This document shows, piece by piece, positions 13,791 to 28,844 of a stretch of DNA of 64,000 nt (its first letter is position 1; each line of letters starts with the position of its first letter). Under the pieces are notes generated by a model that had not been told where the DNA came from, ran no database searches, and saw only the letters and a program-made list of their open reading frames with translations. The stretch comes from Octopus sinensis. Lineage: Eukaryota. The stretch is from assembly GCF_006345805.1 (NCBI RefSeq), contig NC_043005.1:59768001-59832000 (forward strand). The letters run 5' to 3'. A program made the position numbers and the translations under genes.

Positions 13791-16423
13791 TTACGTTCTT
13801 TTTTTTTAGATCTCAGGGATATCTGGACATTTATCAATATTCTTATCCATATCTAATTGAAATGATATACTATGTTGAAAAGATAATTCTTGAGAGTAAG
13901 TTACTGCTTGCTCTGCCGTATAATTCTAAGAATTCATATAAATATATTAATACTTTTCTTACTGTTATTTTTCATCTTGGTTACAAATGGATGATGATTT
14001 GAAATTTGATATGGTACTAGTGAAAACTAGTAGCATCACAAAAACGAGGATTCACCCTTTCATATGACTGCTTTGTTGATTAACTGAGTATTGATGAATC
14101 GTTTTGTTCGTATATATTCCATGCAAATCGTTCAGTTCATACTTTATAATTCTGCTCCAAAGAATTCCGAGAGGCATATTTTGGATACCAGTGAATTGTT
14201 TTTTTAGATGATTACTGTCCATTGATATATCAGTTATTTGGTGGGAACGATTTATTCTGCTTCACGAATTTTGAAAAAAAAAGCAGTTCAATTTTCCTGT
14301 TATTGCAGAAAAAGCCGCTCTCTGATTATGATGAATTATGTACATGGTCATTTCTGTTCAATCTCTGGGAATGCAGTATGGGGTAAAACACTGGGTAATA
14401 TTTCTAACATTCTCACGTGAACTCGAATTTGTAGGATGGCTATGTTATTTTAAATCGACCCAGTATTTTATAAACGTTCATTTTATCTCGATACTATATT
14501 TTTTCTCATCATATTCTACGTTTCTGGGATTCATCATCTTACAAGGGCTTCGGTTTTTCCTAATTAGAGGTTGCATTAGTTTCTATCTGTCAATGATAAA
14601 AAAGAAAATTATGCTTCTCACTTGATATAGTCGCTAACTCGTCTCTTTAAATATCTTGGTTGCATTTCAGCATATAATTATAGTCATAAATTAACTATTG
14701 ATATAATAAATCAAATCAATTTCGAATTTATTATCTGTTGTCATTAATCAGGATGTCATTATTATTCTGCTAAAAGAGTTTCCTCTGCTCTTCATTTTGG
14801 TAATCAGATACTAGATTTGTTGCAACTTCCTGCGCTTGTATAAAAGATTGCGACGATATAATCAATTTTCTATATCGGTAGTTATATAATTTCGATACCT
14901 TTGCTGTTATTAATAATGAAATGCATGCCGTTTTGTTGAGGCTAATTTGTGGCCGTTTTCTATACAGAAGTGAGCTGATTTTTTGTAATAAGATATAATT
15001 GAAAGTTTATAATAATATCATATTTCTAAGAACACCAAATTTTCTTTGGTTCACTGTATTCAGTTATTAATTACGAAGTGAAAACTTTAAGTTGACTTTG
15101 AGACCAAGTCTGAAATTTGTAAAAATGTTCTTCAACGATTTTTATTTGATGAAAACTGGTCAGAAAATTCTGGTACGCTTCCTAGTTTTAGTTGATATTC
15201 ATTACGATGATTTAGTCATGTTTTTCGTTATTTTTAAATATTATACACCATCATGGATATTTATGCTGTCTATATTACATAATTGTATTTGTGTAACTAA
15301 TTTACTTAGAGAAGCATTAAATTATTTATCGTAAGAAAAAGAATATTCTTACAAATTTAATTTTTAAATAATGAGATTAATAAATTCTAAAACATATCAC
15401 AGGATTTTAGGAATGCCTAAGAATGAACACAATAAGGCATTTAAGCATAGGGGTGGGGAAATGTAATCTTCTGCATATGAATAAATGAAGTCAAATGATA
15501 GTGGCAACGTAGAGAGTTAATTCGACATTTGTATATAACCAATATTTTACACAAATGAAACCTAATAATATCATAAATCTACGAATTACATTAAAAAGTG
15601 ATCACATTTCACAAAATGACAAAATATATATGGCATATATCTGCTATAATAACGAGAGAATGCACCAAAGCATGACCAAAAACTGCAACACAAACCTCTA
15701 GTTCGCAAATAATGCACGAATCACATCAAACGACTATGCCCAGGATGATAAAATAGAAATTTGCAAGGTGAGATGAAATTATAATTTTTATCTGGATGTA
15801 GGTGAAAACATTTCTCACGTAAGAACTTTCAATTCCAAATAGTGCTATCCTTAATAAATAGGTTAGGAAAATATAATCGTATATAAACGTCTTTCAAAAC
15901 ATCGTCATGTGATGAACATAAATACAATATCAGTGCGTCTGTGTATACTTATATATATACATGTGTGTGTGATACGCACATTGATGATACACTCGAGCAA
16001 ACACACAACAGAGTATACACGCATTCATTAGCTTCATTCACACAAGTGATTGCTCAGAAACACACGCACTCATACACACAGGTCCACAAGCAAACAATAG
16101 CTTCATACCCGCATGTATGCTTGCTCACACATTCATATATGCCAGATCACCGTCATCTACCTTGCCACACTCATTTGTTTTCAACTTCACAGCTTTTTTT
16201 GGTTTCTCACACTTATAGTGCTTCGTTCTAGTCCACTATTTTCATCATGCGGTGACAACGTAATTGAGATAGGTATGTTCATTTTTTTTTTACATTTTCT
16301 TCTCTCCCTTCGTCTATTGTTTCCGTTGAAGAGCATAAAAGACATGTATTTTTTCCTGAGCGTAAACCAAATATAACTTTGTGTCTTTTGTATTTCTTAT
16401 ACCATAAGTGTATATACATACAA

Positions 16424-16846
<423 letters not shown>

Positions 16847-16954
16847 CTTTTTGCGTAATGCGATAAAAAAAAACCAAGGCTGTGTTGATATTAGAATATT
16901 TATAGATAGGAGGTCTTACAGCTGTTTCCAGGATATTTATTAATCATATCCCTT
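16847..16954 (-). mobile_element. Third copy of the Penelope-like terminal repeat family
   Basis: Aligns to 3986-4084 (cgtaatg..ataaaa..ccaaggctgtg, ggtctta.ggctgtttc.ag.atattta). Retains stem II, GAAAC-AGCT-GTA-AGA; the CNGATGA core is replaced by aggatta. Confidence 0.7.
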
Positions 16955-16957
16955 AAT

Positions 16958-17310
16958 CCTGTCTGCATGATTTGTAGGATCTGGAGTTGTCCTGTATGTA
17001 CAATTAGTCTGTCACATACTGAATTTGAATGTGACAAAAATACCTGGGTGCTGAGGTCTTCGAGGATGCACATAACAACTCCACTATAACTCCTTTCTTT
17101 TCCGTCGGTCAGTAACATAACATACTGTGGTATGTATATTTCTGCATTTGCTATATCTGGTTTGAGGTGTGTTTCCATATGTGCAATTCATAAGGCTTGA
17201 TTGCATGCAATAAGGTATCTCAGGAAATGAATTGTCATGTTGCTGGGTGTTAACAGTCCTCTGATGTTTAGTAAGAGCACCGATGTGATGACTGTTGCCA
17301 GTAGTATCCA
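16958..17310 (-). mobile_element. APE endonuclease fragment of a CR1/L2-type LINE ORF2
   Basis: LLLNIRGLL...ETHLKPDIANAEIYIPQY..LTDGKERSYSGVVMCI.EDL..SNSVCD matches APE domain motifs (NIRGL, ETHL, R.DR..GGV); one in-frame stop. Confidence 0.75.
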
Positions 17311-17316
17311 CCTTGC

Positions 17317-17810
<494 letters not shown>

Positions 17811-17827
17811 TATGTATATATATATAT

Positions 17828-17958
17828 ATATATATACTGTAGCCTCAGGACCACCAAAGTATTGTGAGTGGATTACGTACACGAAACTGGAAAAGGACTG
17901 TCGTATAAAAGTGTATATTTGGGTGTGCGCGCACGCATGTGAGTGTGTGTATGTGCGT

Positions 17959-18002
<44 letters not shown>

Positions 18003-18190
18003 GTGTCTGTCTGTCTGTGTTGACAGCTGATGCTGCTGTGTTTACATCCCCGTAACTTAACCGTTTGACAAAACACACCGATAGAAGTACTTGGCTTACA
18101 AAGAATAAATCCTTGTGTCGATTTCTTCGTATAAAGGCGGTGCTCCAGGATGGCCGGTGTCACATGACAGAAGCAAGTAAAACAATGAAA
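17828..18190 (+). mobile_element. 5'-truncated SINE (family S1, internal microsatellite)
   Basis: Diverged match to 34710-35040 (gacc..caaagc, cttacaaagaataa, taaaggcggtgctccag.atggcc, aagtaaaa). Confidence 0.8.
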
Positions 18191-18205
18191 AAATGTTTTT
18201 TTAAT

Positions 18206-18233
18206 CCCGAGCAACGCCGGGTATCTCTGTTAG
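18206..18233 (+). mobile_element. Isolated Helitron-like 3' terminus
   Basis: cccgagcaacgccggg hairpin identical to those at ~37290 and ~44324, followed by ttag|t (degenerate CTAG|T). Confidence 0.6.
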
Positions 18234-18921
18234 TATATAAATGTGTGTGTGTCCATATATATATATACATATATATATATATAGACACACACACACATGT
18301 ATGTATATACATATATATATATATATAAATGTATATATGTATATATATATATATCTATATAACTATATCTATATCTATCTATCTACCTATCTCTTTCTCT
18401 CTCTCTCTCTCTGGCTATATAGATAGATATCAGTTACGCGCAATATAATACCACAAAGGAAAAAAATTATTATCCTAATTAGTGACGTTATTTTTTTCCT
18501 TTATGGTATTATATTACGCAAAGTTTTTTATATCAATATTTAATATACGCATTAGCATTTCGCTACATCAGCCATAAATTTTAATGTTAAAACAATATAT
18601 ATTGGCAGCCGGATTTAAAGAAACCATCGAGCGTTGGAGTAGTCACTAGTGACGAGCCTACGACCGAGAGGGAAAACTAATCTAATGATACTGGAGACGC
18701 TCATGGAACGATTGTCTTTCTTGTCAGTGAATAGATATTGCGCCATTCTCTCAGTACTAAGAGATTTTAATCTATATTCCTTATAACGTAGGAGTTTCGG
18801 CAACTTCCTTCTCAATTACTGTCGATAAAATAAATGCACATGCACACGCACATGTACACACACACACACACACATACGCACAACCCACATACATACATAT
18901 ATTCGTGGAAATCTATCTATC

Positions 18922-20174
18922 TATCTGGTCATCCCATAGGTTCTCTTAAAATTTTGAACAAAGAAAATAAGTGATCAAATGTTATATTTAATTTAACTTT
19001 AATCATCAACGTACTTTCCCTAATTATCTGTGACTTCCTTCCATCTGTTTACAAGGCTTTAAATCCTCCTGTCAATATACAACACTTTTGGTTTCAAATC
19101 GAAGAACTCTGAAATGTCAGTTTCGCCCTCCTCCTGGCTTGCAAAATTTATGTCCCCCAAATGATTCTGTAGACTACGAAACAAATGGTAGTCTGAAGGA
19201 GCAAGGTCGGTAGAATAAGATGAATGAGAAATTATTTTCCCAACCAAGCTCATCGATCTATTCTGATGTGATCTTTGCAGTGAAGGGTCACGCATTGTCC
19301 TGACGAAACATCACTCCTGTTCGATTCACCAAAGCGGCTCCTTTTTTCCTCAAAGCTTGGTTCAAACACTCTAATTACTGACAGTAGACTTGAGCATTAA
19401 TTGTTGCATTAGGTGGTAACTATTCAAAATGAATTACTCCATGAATTTCCCTTCTCGGTTGTGGTTGAGCTTTTTCCCTTTTACCAAGCCACTGTTTACA
19501 ACGTTTCGCATTTCGATAGAAGATCCGTCTTCCGTCACCAGTCACAAGTTTATCCAAAAAGAGAGAAATGATTTCGCAAGAATGGAGAGAAGAGCAGATG
19601 TCCACTCGGGATTTGCGGTTGCTTTCGGACAATTCATGAGGCACACATTTTCCAAGTTTAAGAACTTTTCTAAGTTGTTGAGGATTGCGATGAACAGTTG
19701 TATGGTTTGAGCTAATTGCCAATTCTTCAACTGATAATGCAGAATTTTCTTGAAGTAATGCCTCACGGAGCTTATCATCAAACTCAACTGGAAGTCCTCT
19801 TCGATTTTCATCTTCAAGGCTGAAATTTCTACTTCTGAATTTTGCCAACCCTCTTCTGCAAGATCTCTCATTCAAGCATTCTTTCCAATAAACTGGGTGT
19901 ATGTTTCGAGTCGCTTTGGCTGCGAGTCTCCTTTTTTTTTCTACTCATAAAGCGTTATGTGCCTCAAATATGCTTTGGATGCTTCCATGTTAGAAAGGGT
20001 TTTAATCAGAGAAATTTTAATTCTATTATTCTGTAAAATAATATTTAATTAGTTTAAATGTACACAAATCCCTAAAATTAATTTTTAATTTCATTAGAAA
20101 TTCTACAATAGTATTAAATTTCATTCAATTTTAAAAAAGGTAAACTCGGACAGAACTTATGGGATGAACTGATA
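18922..20174 (-). mobile_element. Near full-length decayed mariner (DD34D-type)
   Basis: Matching ends tc(t/a)g(g/t)tcatcccata(g/a)gttct. Transposase motifs GKCVPHELSESNR, LVTGDGRRIFY, GVIHFE and SYSTDLAPSDYHLFRSLQNHL occur in broken frames. Confidence 0.9.
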
Positions 20175-20192
20175 TATATATATATATATATA

Positions 20193-20927
20193 CGCGAGAA
20201 AGAAGCAACAAGAATGGATAGGTTTTTAGTACAATCGTTTCATACAAGGACAGGCTTTATTAAATGTTGCAAAAATTACAGCATATAAACGTGTCCCGTA
20301 CTCATCAGCTAAAATACATGTGAGTTCTCTAGACATCCTAGTGGTTGAGGCTATACTCATGAAGTAATGTAGATAATTAAGTAACATAAACAGATTTCCA
20401 AAGTTCATTAAAGTTCTTTAAAGATGATGTACAGTCTTATCACAGAATTTTAAAAAAGTTTTAATAGCATCGCAGAGAAGGTGACCTAATCCATAGTGCA
20501 CATATGAATTTCCAGAGATATGAGGAGAGATTACATACTCACAGACGACAAATTTATCCATTGTTAATCACAACGAGGTGGGTCTCAATTCCTGCTTATT
20601 AGCATTACAGAGAGGGTGAATTAATCCTTTGTATAGATGCACAATTTCCAATGGTGTAGATGTAAATTTCCAGAGAAATGAAGAGGAATTTCATATTCAC
20701 AGGCGATAAATTTATCAATGGTTGAACACAATGAGGTAGGTATCAATTCTTGTTATATGTTTAGGTATTTGCCACATTACTCACATTACTCCTATTTACA
20801 AGAGGCTGTAGCTATTTAACTTTTAATGCTGTTTATATGGTGTAATTTTGCAACATTTAATAAAGCCTGTCCTTGTATGAAACGATTGTACTAAAAACCT
20901 ATCCATTCTTGTTGCTTCTTTCTCGCT
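20193..20927. mobile_element. Non-autonomous DNA element with ~97-bp near-perfect TIRs
   Basis: 20194-20290 is the reverse complement of 20830-20926 with about 1 mismatch and 1 indel; TA on both flanks; no ORF. Confidence 0.85.
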
Positions 20928-21039
20928 TATAATCACCCCACATTACTGTATTGTTAAAACAGTATAGTTTTTTTTTGGTGCATCTAAGTTAGGTACCATA
21001 TTCAAGTAAATTCATTTAAATTAACTTGAATCTTTATTG

Positions 21040-21178
<139 letters not shown>

Positions 21179-22002
21179 AATGAGTGAGAGAAAGTGACAA
21201 TGTGAAGAAGAAAGGGAAAGAGACTGGTGATTGAAAGAGTAATTTGATGTGATAATCAATGTTTTGAATTTTGAAACGTATTCCAAAGAATTTTTTTCTG
21301 AACATGTCACTTTAAACTCTACATAACGTGGGCATAAATGATTTCGCAGAGCGAAAACATAAAATACAGTAAAAAGAAATGATTTTAAAATAATCTTAGA
21401 AAAACAAATTCCTTCCTACTTCTATATTTATTAATTTACTACCGCATTTTTCACATTTCTTCCTTTATTTTGCTTGAATAATGAAACTAAAAGAAAATAG
21501 AAAACTTAACACGAAATACGAAAAATAATTTTAACTTAAAATAATTGAAAACTAATTAATATTGAAATAGTTTCTACGCAAGATTAACCATTTTTCATCT
21601 ACTCATTCATGGAATCACTACAAGTTCGCTTTCCGTCCTCCTTAAGAGACACTCCAAATAAAAACGATTTTTTTATCTGGCAACATATGAAAACGGAACG
21701 AAATTATATTCTTTTTGTCCAATCTATATTTATAGCTTTCTCTTTTATTGTTTTTTTTTCTTTGATTTTATTTTTATCCATCAAGTTTGATTAAGTGTTG
21801 TTTAGCTTCCATTTTTTTTCCTGTTTAAATTTTATACAGTACTGTTGTGTATTTGCTTTCAATGTTATTGTCGAGGATAATATTAATTTAGAAATTTTTA
21901 GCAAAATGGTTGTTAAAAGCATAGTTCCTTCCACAATTCAGATTCTTATTTAAACATCTTGAATTCTGTCCGCTCGTAAATATCACGTGAATATTCTGTA
22001 CG

Positions 22003-22070
<68 letters not shown>

Positions 22071-22373
22071 ATGAAATTTTACGAAGTTTTATAATTTAGT
22101 AATTATATTTTCCAATTTCCTGTTGAATACTATTTCACCGAAATTTAGTTTATTGGAACTATATTTTTTATATTTTAAAAAGTCAAGTTTCATCGATTCT
22201 TCATGATTTTAGACTTGTTACATACATGTTCGATGATATTTGAAATTAACTTTACAATTGAGAAATAATTACTAAATGGATGGTAGTAAATGTACACCGA
22301 TACAAACCACATACATACACATAATATATATTTATATACATGCGCATAATATGTAAATGTATACATACATATA

Positions 22374-23290
22374 CGAGGTGCATTCTAGATGGTTTGAGGG
22401 ATTTTTTTTAAGGTGAGGCAGTTACAATTGTCCAAGATTATTGTAATGTTATATATCCTTATAATATCATTTAATAAGCTGACGAGCAAAGTTTTCCAGA
22501 TTCTAGATCGAAAGGGACCGTTGTAAAATCACTTTGAACACATCCTACTAAACGCTGCATTTTATAACTCACTTGTTTGCAGAATTCAGTAAGGATGTGA
22601 AGACAATTTGAAAACTCGCTATGCAATAAATTTTTCAGTTAAACAGGGAAAAATACCTACAGAAACAATTGAAATGCAACTGACAGCTTATGGCGTAGCG
22701 GCACAAGAAATTCAAGGATGATAGAGAGGAAGTGAGAGACTATATGAATTGTGGGAGAAAGACGTCAGAACATCAGAGCTGGTTGAGAAAATTTGTAACT
22801 CTCTACGTGGGTATGGTCGCGTGTCTATAGAGGCAATATGAGTACATTGTGGAGTTGTTGTGGAAACTTCATAGATGAAGGTCTAAGCATGCACAACTAT
22901 ATACGAAGTTTGATACCAAGGTGCTCAATGACGAATAGCAGTTAAAGACGCATTCTTTACAATGGAAACATCCTGGCTCATCCAGACCAAAGAAGGCCAA
23001 GCAAACCAAATTCACCCTCACCCCCTTTTGCCAGCAAGCACTCCTGGTAACAAACTACTTGACAGAAATATGAATTAGACTGTCTTGCTTTGTCCTTACT
23101 CCTTACTCCTTATCACATTCGGTTGTTTCCAAAGCTGAAGGAGAACCTCAGGAGCAGTCGATTTGAAGACACTGAGATGATGACATATATGTGACCCTGG
23201 ACACCTGATTTGAAGATTTCTATGGTGCGTTCATAAAGCCGCTGCAGCGCTCCAAAAACAAGCATTGAAGGTAGAGGTTTCTACTCTGCA
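22374..23290 (+). mobile_element. Decayed, internally deleted mariner
   Basis: Starts TA|cgagg. Fragments RYAINFSVKQGKIPTETIEM, FKDDREEV, QWKHPGSSRPKKAKQ and LFPKLKENLRSSRFED match mariner transposase. Confidence 0.75.
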
Positions 23291-23652
23291 CTTCTTTCAA
23301 ATATATAAATATCGCTCCTCAAAATGTCTCAGATTTGTAGTGCATATATTTATATATGAAATTGTTTTTTCTTTAAATCAATTTAAGATACTTTAAAATA
23401 AATATTGACCTATATCCACGATGATGCAGACAGGGTATTTTAGAAAATAATTAAAAACAAAGATTTTGATCAATTCATTTACTAATCCAATATATATGTT
23501 TCGATCTTCTGTTGTCAATCTGATAAAATGCAATAAATACAGTCGATTTCTACTCGATGATACGCTTCGGTAGTTACAATCTCCAATCAAAGAATACACC
23601 CAGACACACGCATCATCGGAGAAATTCCGGAATCAAATCATCAGCATTACTA

Positions 23653-23793
23653 TAAGGTTGTCCCAAAAGTTCGTAGAAAGTCTTGGAAAATAATGGTCTT
23701 TATTTTGAGGAATATTTTTTGTTGTTTTTGTTAGTACTTGGCGAGTAAAAATTCAATTTTCGCAAGTGTTTACGAACTTTTGGGACAACCTAA
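23653..23793. mobile_element. Mariner-derived MITE (141 bp)
   Basis: Perfect 21-bp TIR aggttgtcccaaaagttcgta (23655-23675 / 23771-23791) with a TTAGGTTG-type end and TA flanks. Confidence 0.9.
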
Positions 23794-24585
23794 TAATAGA
23801 CTTATTTCTTAGGGGACAATAAAAATGAACAGACACCAAAAATTGTACGACGTTGTTTGATTAAACCAATATCTCCCACCAACCCCAGTACAAGACAAAA
23901 TAACAAAATATTTCCCTACGTTTTCTTTTCAGACACGTGGCTTCTAAACATAACTATCAAGAGTAAAGCTGATAATCTGTCAAATTCAATATAATTCATA
24001 ACACTTCTTTCTTCTAGACTTTAACAACACATTGTTATGCACAGGCATACATACTTTGAACTACACTAAATCTAGACGTATTCTGTATTTATTGCCTTTA
24101 TAACAGTTAAAGAACAATCTTTGTTTGTAATCACATGTAATTATTGCCAACTACATTAATTCTAATTTTTAAATCCCTCATATGGCGCTGAATGATGTCA
24201 GAGAGAGAATTCTCGAACTACTGTTCATGAATCAAAGTTATATTGCTCTGTCAACAAAGACGAATTTTATTGAAGACGTTCTCTGCTAGAAGAGCATAAT
24301 TTGCATAATGCATGCTATTCTGAAATTTCTATACCAAAACAGTATAGTTGCTGTTGACAGTGGCATGTCGTAGCAGTGTTTCTCCCATTATATTAGCATT
24401 GTCAGTTAGAAACAACGACATGCATCACAAGGCTATTGAAGATATTTCACATCAGACCTCTCTCAACGAATGGAAATCGATTATTCAACCTATACATCAC
24501 CAAAACATTTCATTCATAACGTAATTACCTCTCCAAATCCACCTAGTGTAAAACTTTGAAAGGTAATAGAGTGATTCACGAAGTA

Positions 24586-24688
<103 letters not shown>

Positions 24689-25335
24689 CCTGTATGCCTG
24701 TGTGTGGGATTTATAATATAATTTGTATACGCACACGCCTGTACACAAATACTTTTAAATACATACCCGCCTGTGCTTGCATATTAGTATGTGTGTACCT
24801 GTTTAAGTGGATGTATGTGTAATTTTGTGTTGATAATGTTGCTTTGCATATTAATATATGAACATAACATATTACATAAACACAAAGGTCCACAATGTAA
24901 AAGAAGGCTTATAGACAATCGAATGAACCACTGTTATTACTAGGCAATTCTGTTATCCGGTCCTCAAGCAAATGAGGACAATAGAACTCGGTAGGATATG
25001 AATTAAAACGTAAATATACTTAACTAAATACCGCAGGCATTCAACCCAAGACATTATGGTATCTGTTATTATGTTACTCTAATATATACATTGTCTAGTG
25101 AAATGAAATTTTGTTAATAAATTGTTGATTCATGGAAAGCAGAGCAGAATGATTCCATGTACTGCATAGAAATATGACGTAACCAACCATAAGGCGATTA
25201 TAAAGGTTTGCAGATGCAATGTGTACAGAGCAGTAACTAAAATGATATAAGATGCTAAATATGCATGTGTATACATACATGTGTACATAAATAAATGCAT
25301 ACATACATGGATATACACAGACATACTAACATATG

Positions 25336-25372
<37 letters not shown>

Positions 25373-25560
25373 TTTATATAATTAGGGTTCAGCCAAAAAA
25401 TATTTACTTTACCACACACTGAACTTTTAGAAATAGCAGCCAAAGAATTTAGCTATTTCTCCTACTATAAGAAGGAGAAATAGCTAAATTCTTTGGCTGC
25501 TATTTCTAAAAGGTCGGTGTGTGGTAAAGTAAATTTTTTTGCTGAACCTAATTATATAAA
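25373..25560. repeat. 188-bp near-perfect palindrome
   Basis: Arms 25373-25463 and 25473-25560; the inner 40 bp are perfectly complementary; 9-nt spacer actataaga. Confidence 0.95.
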
Positions 25561-26679
25561 ATAATGTTTAAATATACCGTAAATGGTCCTTTTACATACT
25601 GAACACTGCTTGGTAAAATTATTAATTACTAATTAATTAATTTATATATATATATATATATAAATATATATACAAATATACATTCATACATACAATCTTA
25701 CATATATATTAACATACGGACGTATGTTTGAACGTGTGTGTATATATCTATGTGTGAGTGTATTATTGATATACACTTTTGTGTTGTAGGTTTTTGAACA
25801 TAATTCTGTATAATCGGTAATTTGTTAGTTTGTTCCAACTAGCATACTTATGTTTCCTTGATATCGACTGAAAAAAATGTCAGATAACTTACATCAAGTT
25901 TATTCCCATGTTCCAAATGCATTCCATTTATTTTCATCAATATTTTTATCATTAGTTCACGCTTTGTTATTGATGCCTATATTTCCTTGCTTTCGTAATA
26001 TTCTTTATTAATAACATGTTCAACATATCTATATAATAGTCTTGCTTTTAATTTTCTGCATCTCTTCTCAACCCAGAGGAATTTCTGTCAGCAGCAGCCC
26101 CTGTTGATGAAGTTATCCTATCATTTCGGTTTAGTCTACTCCACTTCTAAAGCTCTGGAATTTTAATGCTCTGCCCTAAAATAGTTTATGTCAGTTTATA
26201 TCTACTATTATTATCGATAATGAAGCTTTAAAGATGAAAGTGAGCGCATATTTTTCCGAAATGAAACTACTCTCAAGCAGCTGTACTTTACTTAATATCA
26301 TAGATCCATTAACATTGCACATTTGTAGAAAGGACATTTATGTTTGGGCTGTGTTGCATTTAATAGATAAGAAATGTTTCCTGTCGATAACTGCTGTATT
26401 GCGATTTTGAGTGCTCGAATTTCATCGAGTGTTAATACTAACGGCGAGATGAAATAAACCATGTCGAATGCCAAAGACTGATTTACAGAGTTCAGAAATA
26501 AAAGTAGATGCACTTCTACAAGCATTTTAATAAAGGACACATATTTAAACCGCATTAGTGTGTACAGATAATGATGCAGTGTCGTTTGTAAACAGCGTTG
26601 TTGCTTAGCTCCAGGCCAACTCCGATCACTAAGATATGAGAAAAAAATGTGACTATAAAAATGTGACTACAAACTGACT

Positions 26680-26702
26680 GATAGACAGACAGACAGACAG
26701 AT

Positions 26703-26739
<37 letters not shown>

Positions 26740-26740
26740 T

Positions 26741-26800
<60 letters not shown>
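26680..26800. repeat. (GACA)n/(GAAA)n/(GATA)n microsatellite
   Basis: Directly visible. Confidence 0.95.
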
Positions 26801-28627
26801 ATAAATAGATAGCAGTTCAAGTTATATACACACCTACACATATCTCTTAGAAATAATATTCCTAGCACTGTATTTTTTGACTGCAGAATAAACTTTCATC
26901 GTTATCTTTATGGCATTTATGTATTATCCAAAATATATTCCCGTTGTTAGCGAGTAATATATGATATGAAAGTGAAAACAACTGCTATTTCAAGCAAGTC
27001 GAACGACCATCTGAAAATTTCTCGTTGAGTTTATTGCAAATAAGTTGAATCGTTCGAATTATGTGAATGATTCTCAAATATAAGTAATAATTACTGCTAG
27101 TGAAGCTGTGATAACTGATAAGAAAGTTCTTCGCTATAGTGGAAGTGTAGATGTCAGACGGTTATCTATTTTCTATACAATCCTTTATCATCGTGTATCT
27201 ACAAATCAGTAGACTGCACTTTGTAATTTTCGTTGAGCATAAAAATGTCAAATTATATTTATTTACTATACACAAAAGGATTTCTTTCGAAAAGGTATTG
27301 AATGCTTAGTATAAAGATAACTATAGAAATGTAACGACACCAACTCGGTGACTGACGAAAAGATAGACATCAACAAAACAAGCGAAAGGAATAAATGGTC
27401 AATGAAATATTAAAAAAGTGTTCTAACAAAGCGTAGTAGAATGACCCGAGATAGACATAAAGGGCTCTATTATTTCTTTAGTCTATAAGTTCAAATCACA
27501 CTGGGACTTTCTTAAATTCTGTCACTTATGTAAATAGCACTTTTGAAATACGACATATTAAGTTGGCTACATTTTTTTTTTTTTATTGTATATTTTCGGC
27601 CTAGGGTCAGTTTAAGAAATCAATATGAAGATGCTAAAAGGACGTGTGAGTTGTCAGAAATGATATTTATACATAATTAACTTGTTAATATACTAATATC
27701 ATTTGAGTTGACTGCTGTATATCTGCAAATATTAGACGTGTTAAATTCAGCTAATATTGGGAGATGTTGTGGACTTGTGAGAAGCCATCCACGTAAAGCC
27801 CGTATATATATGCGTTTGTTTGTGTGCATGTGTATGTGTGTGCATGTATGTATGTATGTTGTATGTATGTATGTATGTATACACAGACACGCAGACACGG
27901 AGACAAACATACACACGCACACACATGCACACACATGCACACACATGCACACACATGCACACTCACACACATTTACATCGGATGTAGAATTAGTTGATCC
28001 AGTTTTATATGAATATTTTCCAGAGTTCATATGAAACTCGGAATAATACACTTAATTCTATAATGTAATTAAAACGATATTTATTTATTTATTTTTAATA
28101 CCGAAGGCTCATTGTTTCATGACACATGCTAACTCTCTCGTTCCCCTTCACTCTTACTATTTACATCCATCCATCCATCCATCCATCCATCCATCCATCC
28201 ATCCATACATCCATACATACATACATACATCCATCCATACATACATACATACATACATACATACATACATACACACACACACACTTACCATATATCATCG
28301 CATGTACAGTGAACAACAGCAATGAAAACGATGACTTACATATTAATTATTAAGACCTATAACCAGGCTGGAACATGAATATATCAGTCGTGGTGTTCCT
28401 CAGGCACTCGGTTCATTAGCACAAGGGTCTCTAGGGCAGCCGGTTTCAATATAGTTGTGAGTCGTGAGCCAGAGGCAAGCGGACTGATGACTGACAAGGG
28501 TAGAACAGCTTGTTTATAACGTCTATGAACAAACTGTTTTTTTCTGATCAGTGTTGATATCTACCAAGTGATAACAAAACCCTCATCTACACGGTACACA
28601 GCGAGGATGAAAACGATGTTTTACAAA

Positions 28628-28721
28628 GTCCCACTGTGTGGCAAGTGTCTTCTACTATAGTCTCGGGCCGACCAAAGCCTAGTGAGTGGATATAGTAGAC
28701 GGAAACTGAAAGAAGCCCGTC

Positions 28722-28764
<43 letters not shown>

Positions 28765-28840
28765 TGTATGTATATGTTTGTGTGTCTGTGTTTGTCCCCC
28801 CAACATCGCTTGACAACCGATGCTTGTGTATTTACGTCCC
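28628..28840 (+). mobile_element. Truncated SINE (family S1)
   Basis: agtcccactg..ggcaagtgtcttctactatag.ctcgggccgaccaaagcc...gcttgacaaccgatgc matches 34665-34900. Confidence 0.85.
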
Positions 28841-28844
28841 TCTG

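Noticed and set aside
28484-28515. CTGATGA-ctgac-aagg-gtaGAACAGCT hammerhead-like string
   Set aside because: It lacks the GAAA core and stem I; it could equally be a decayed RT ADD motif.
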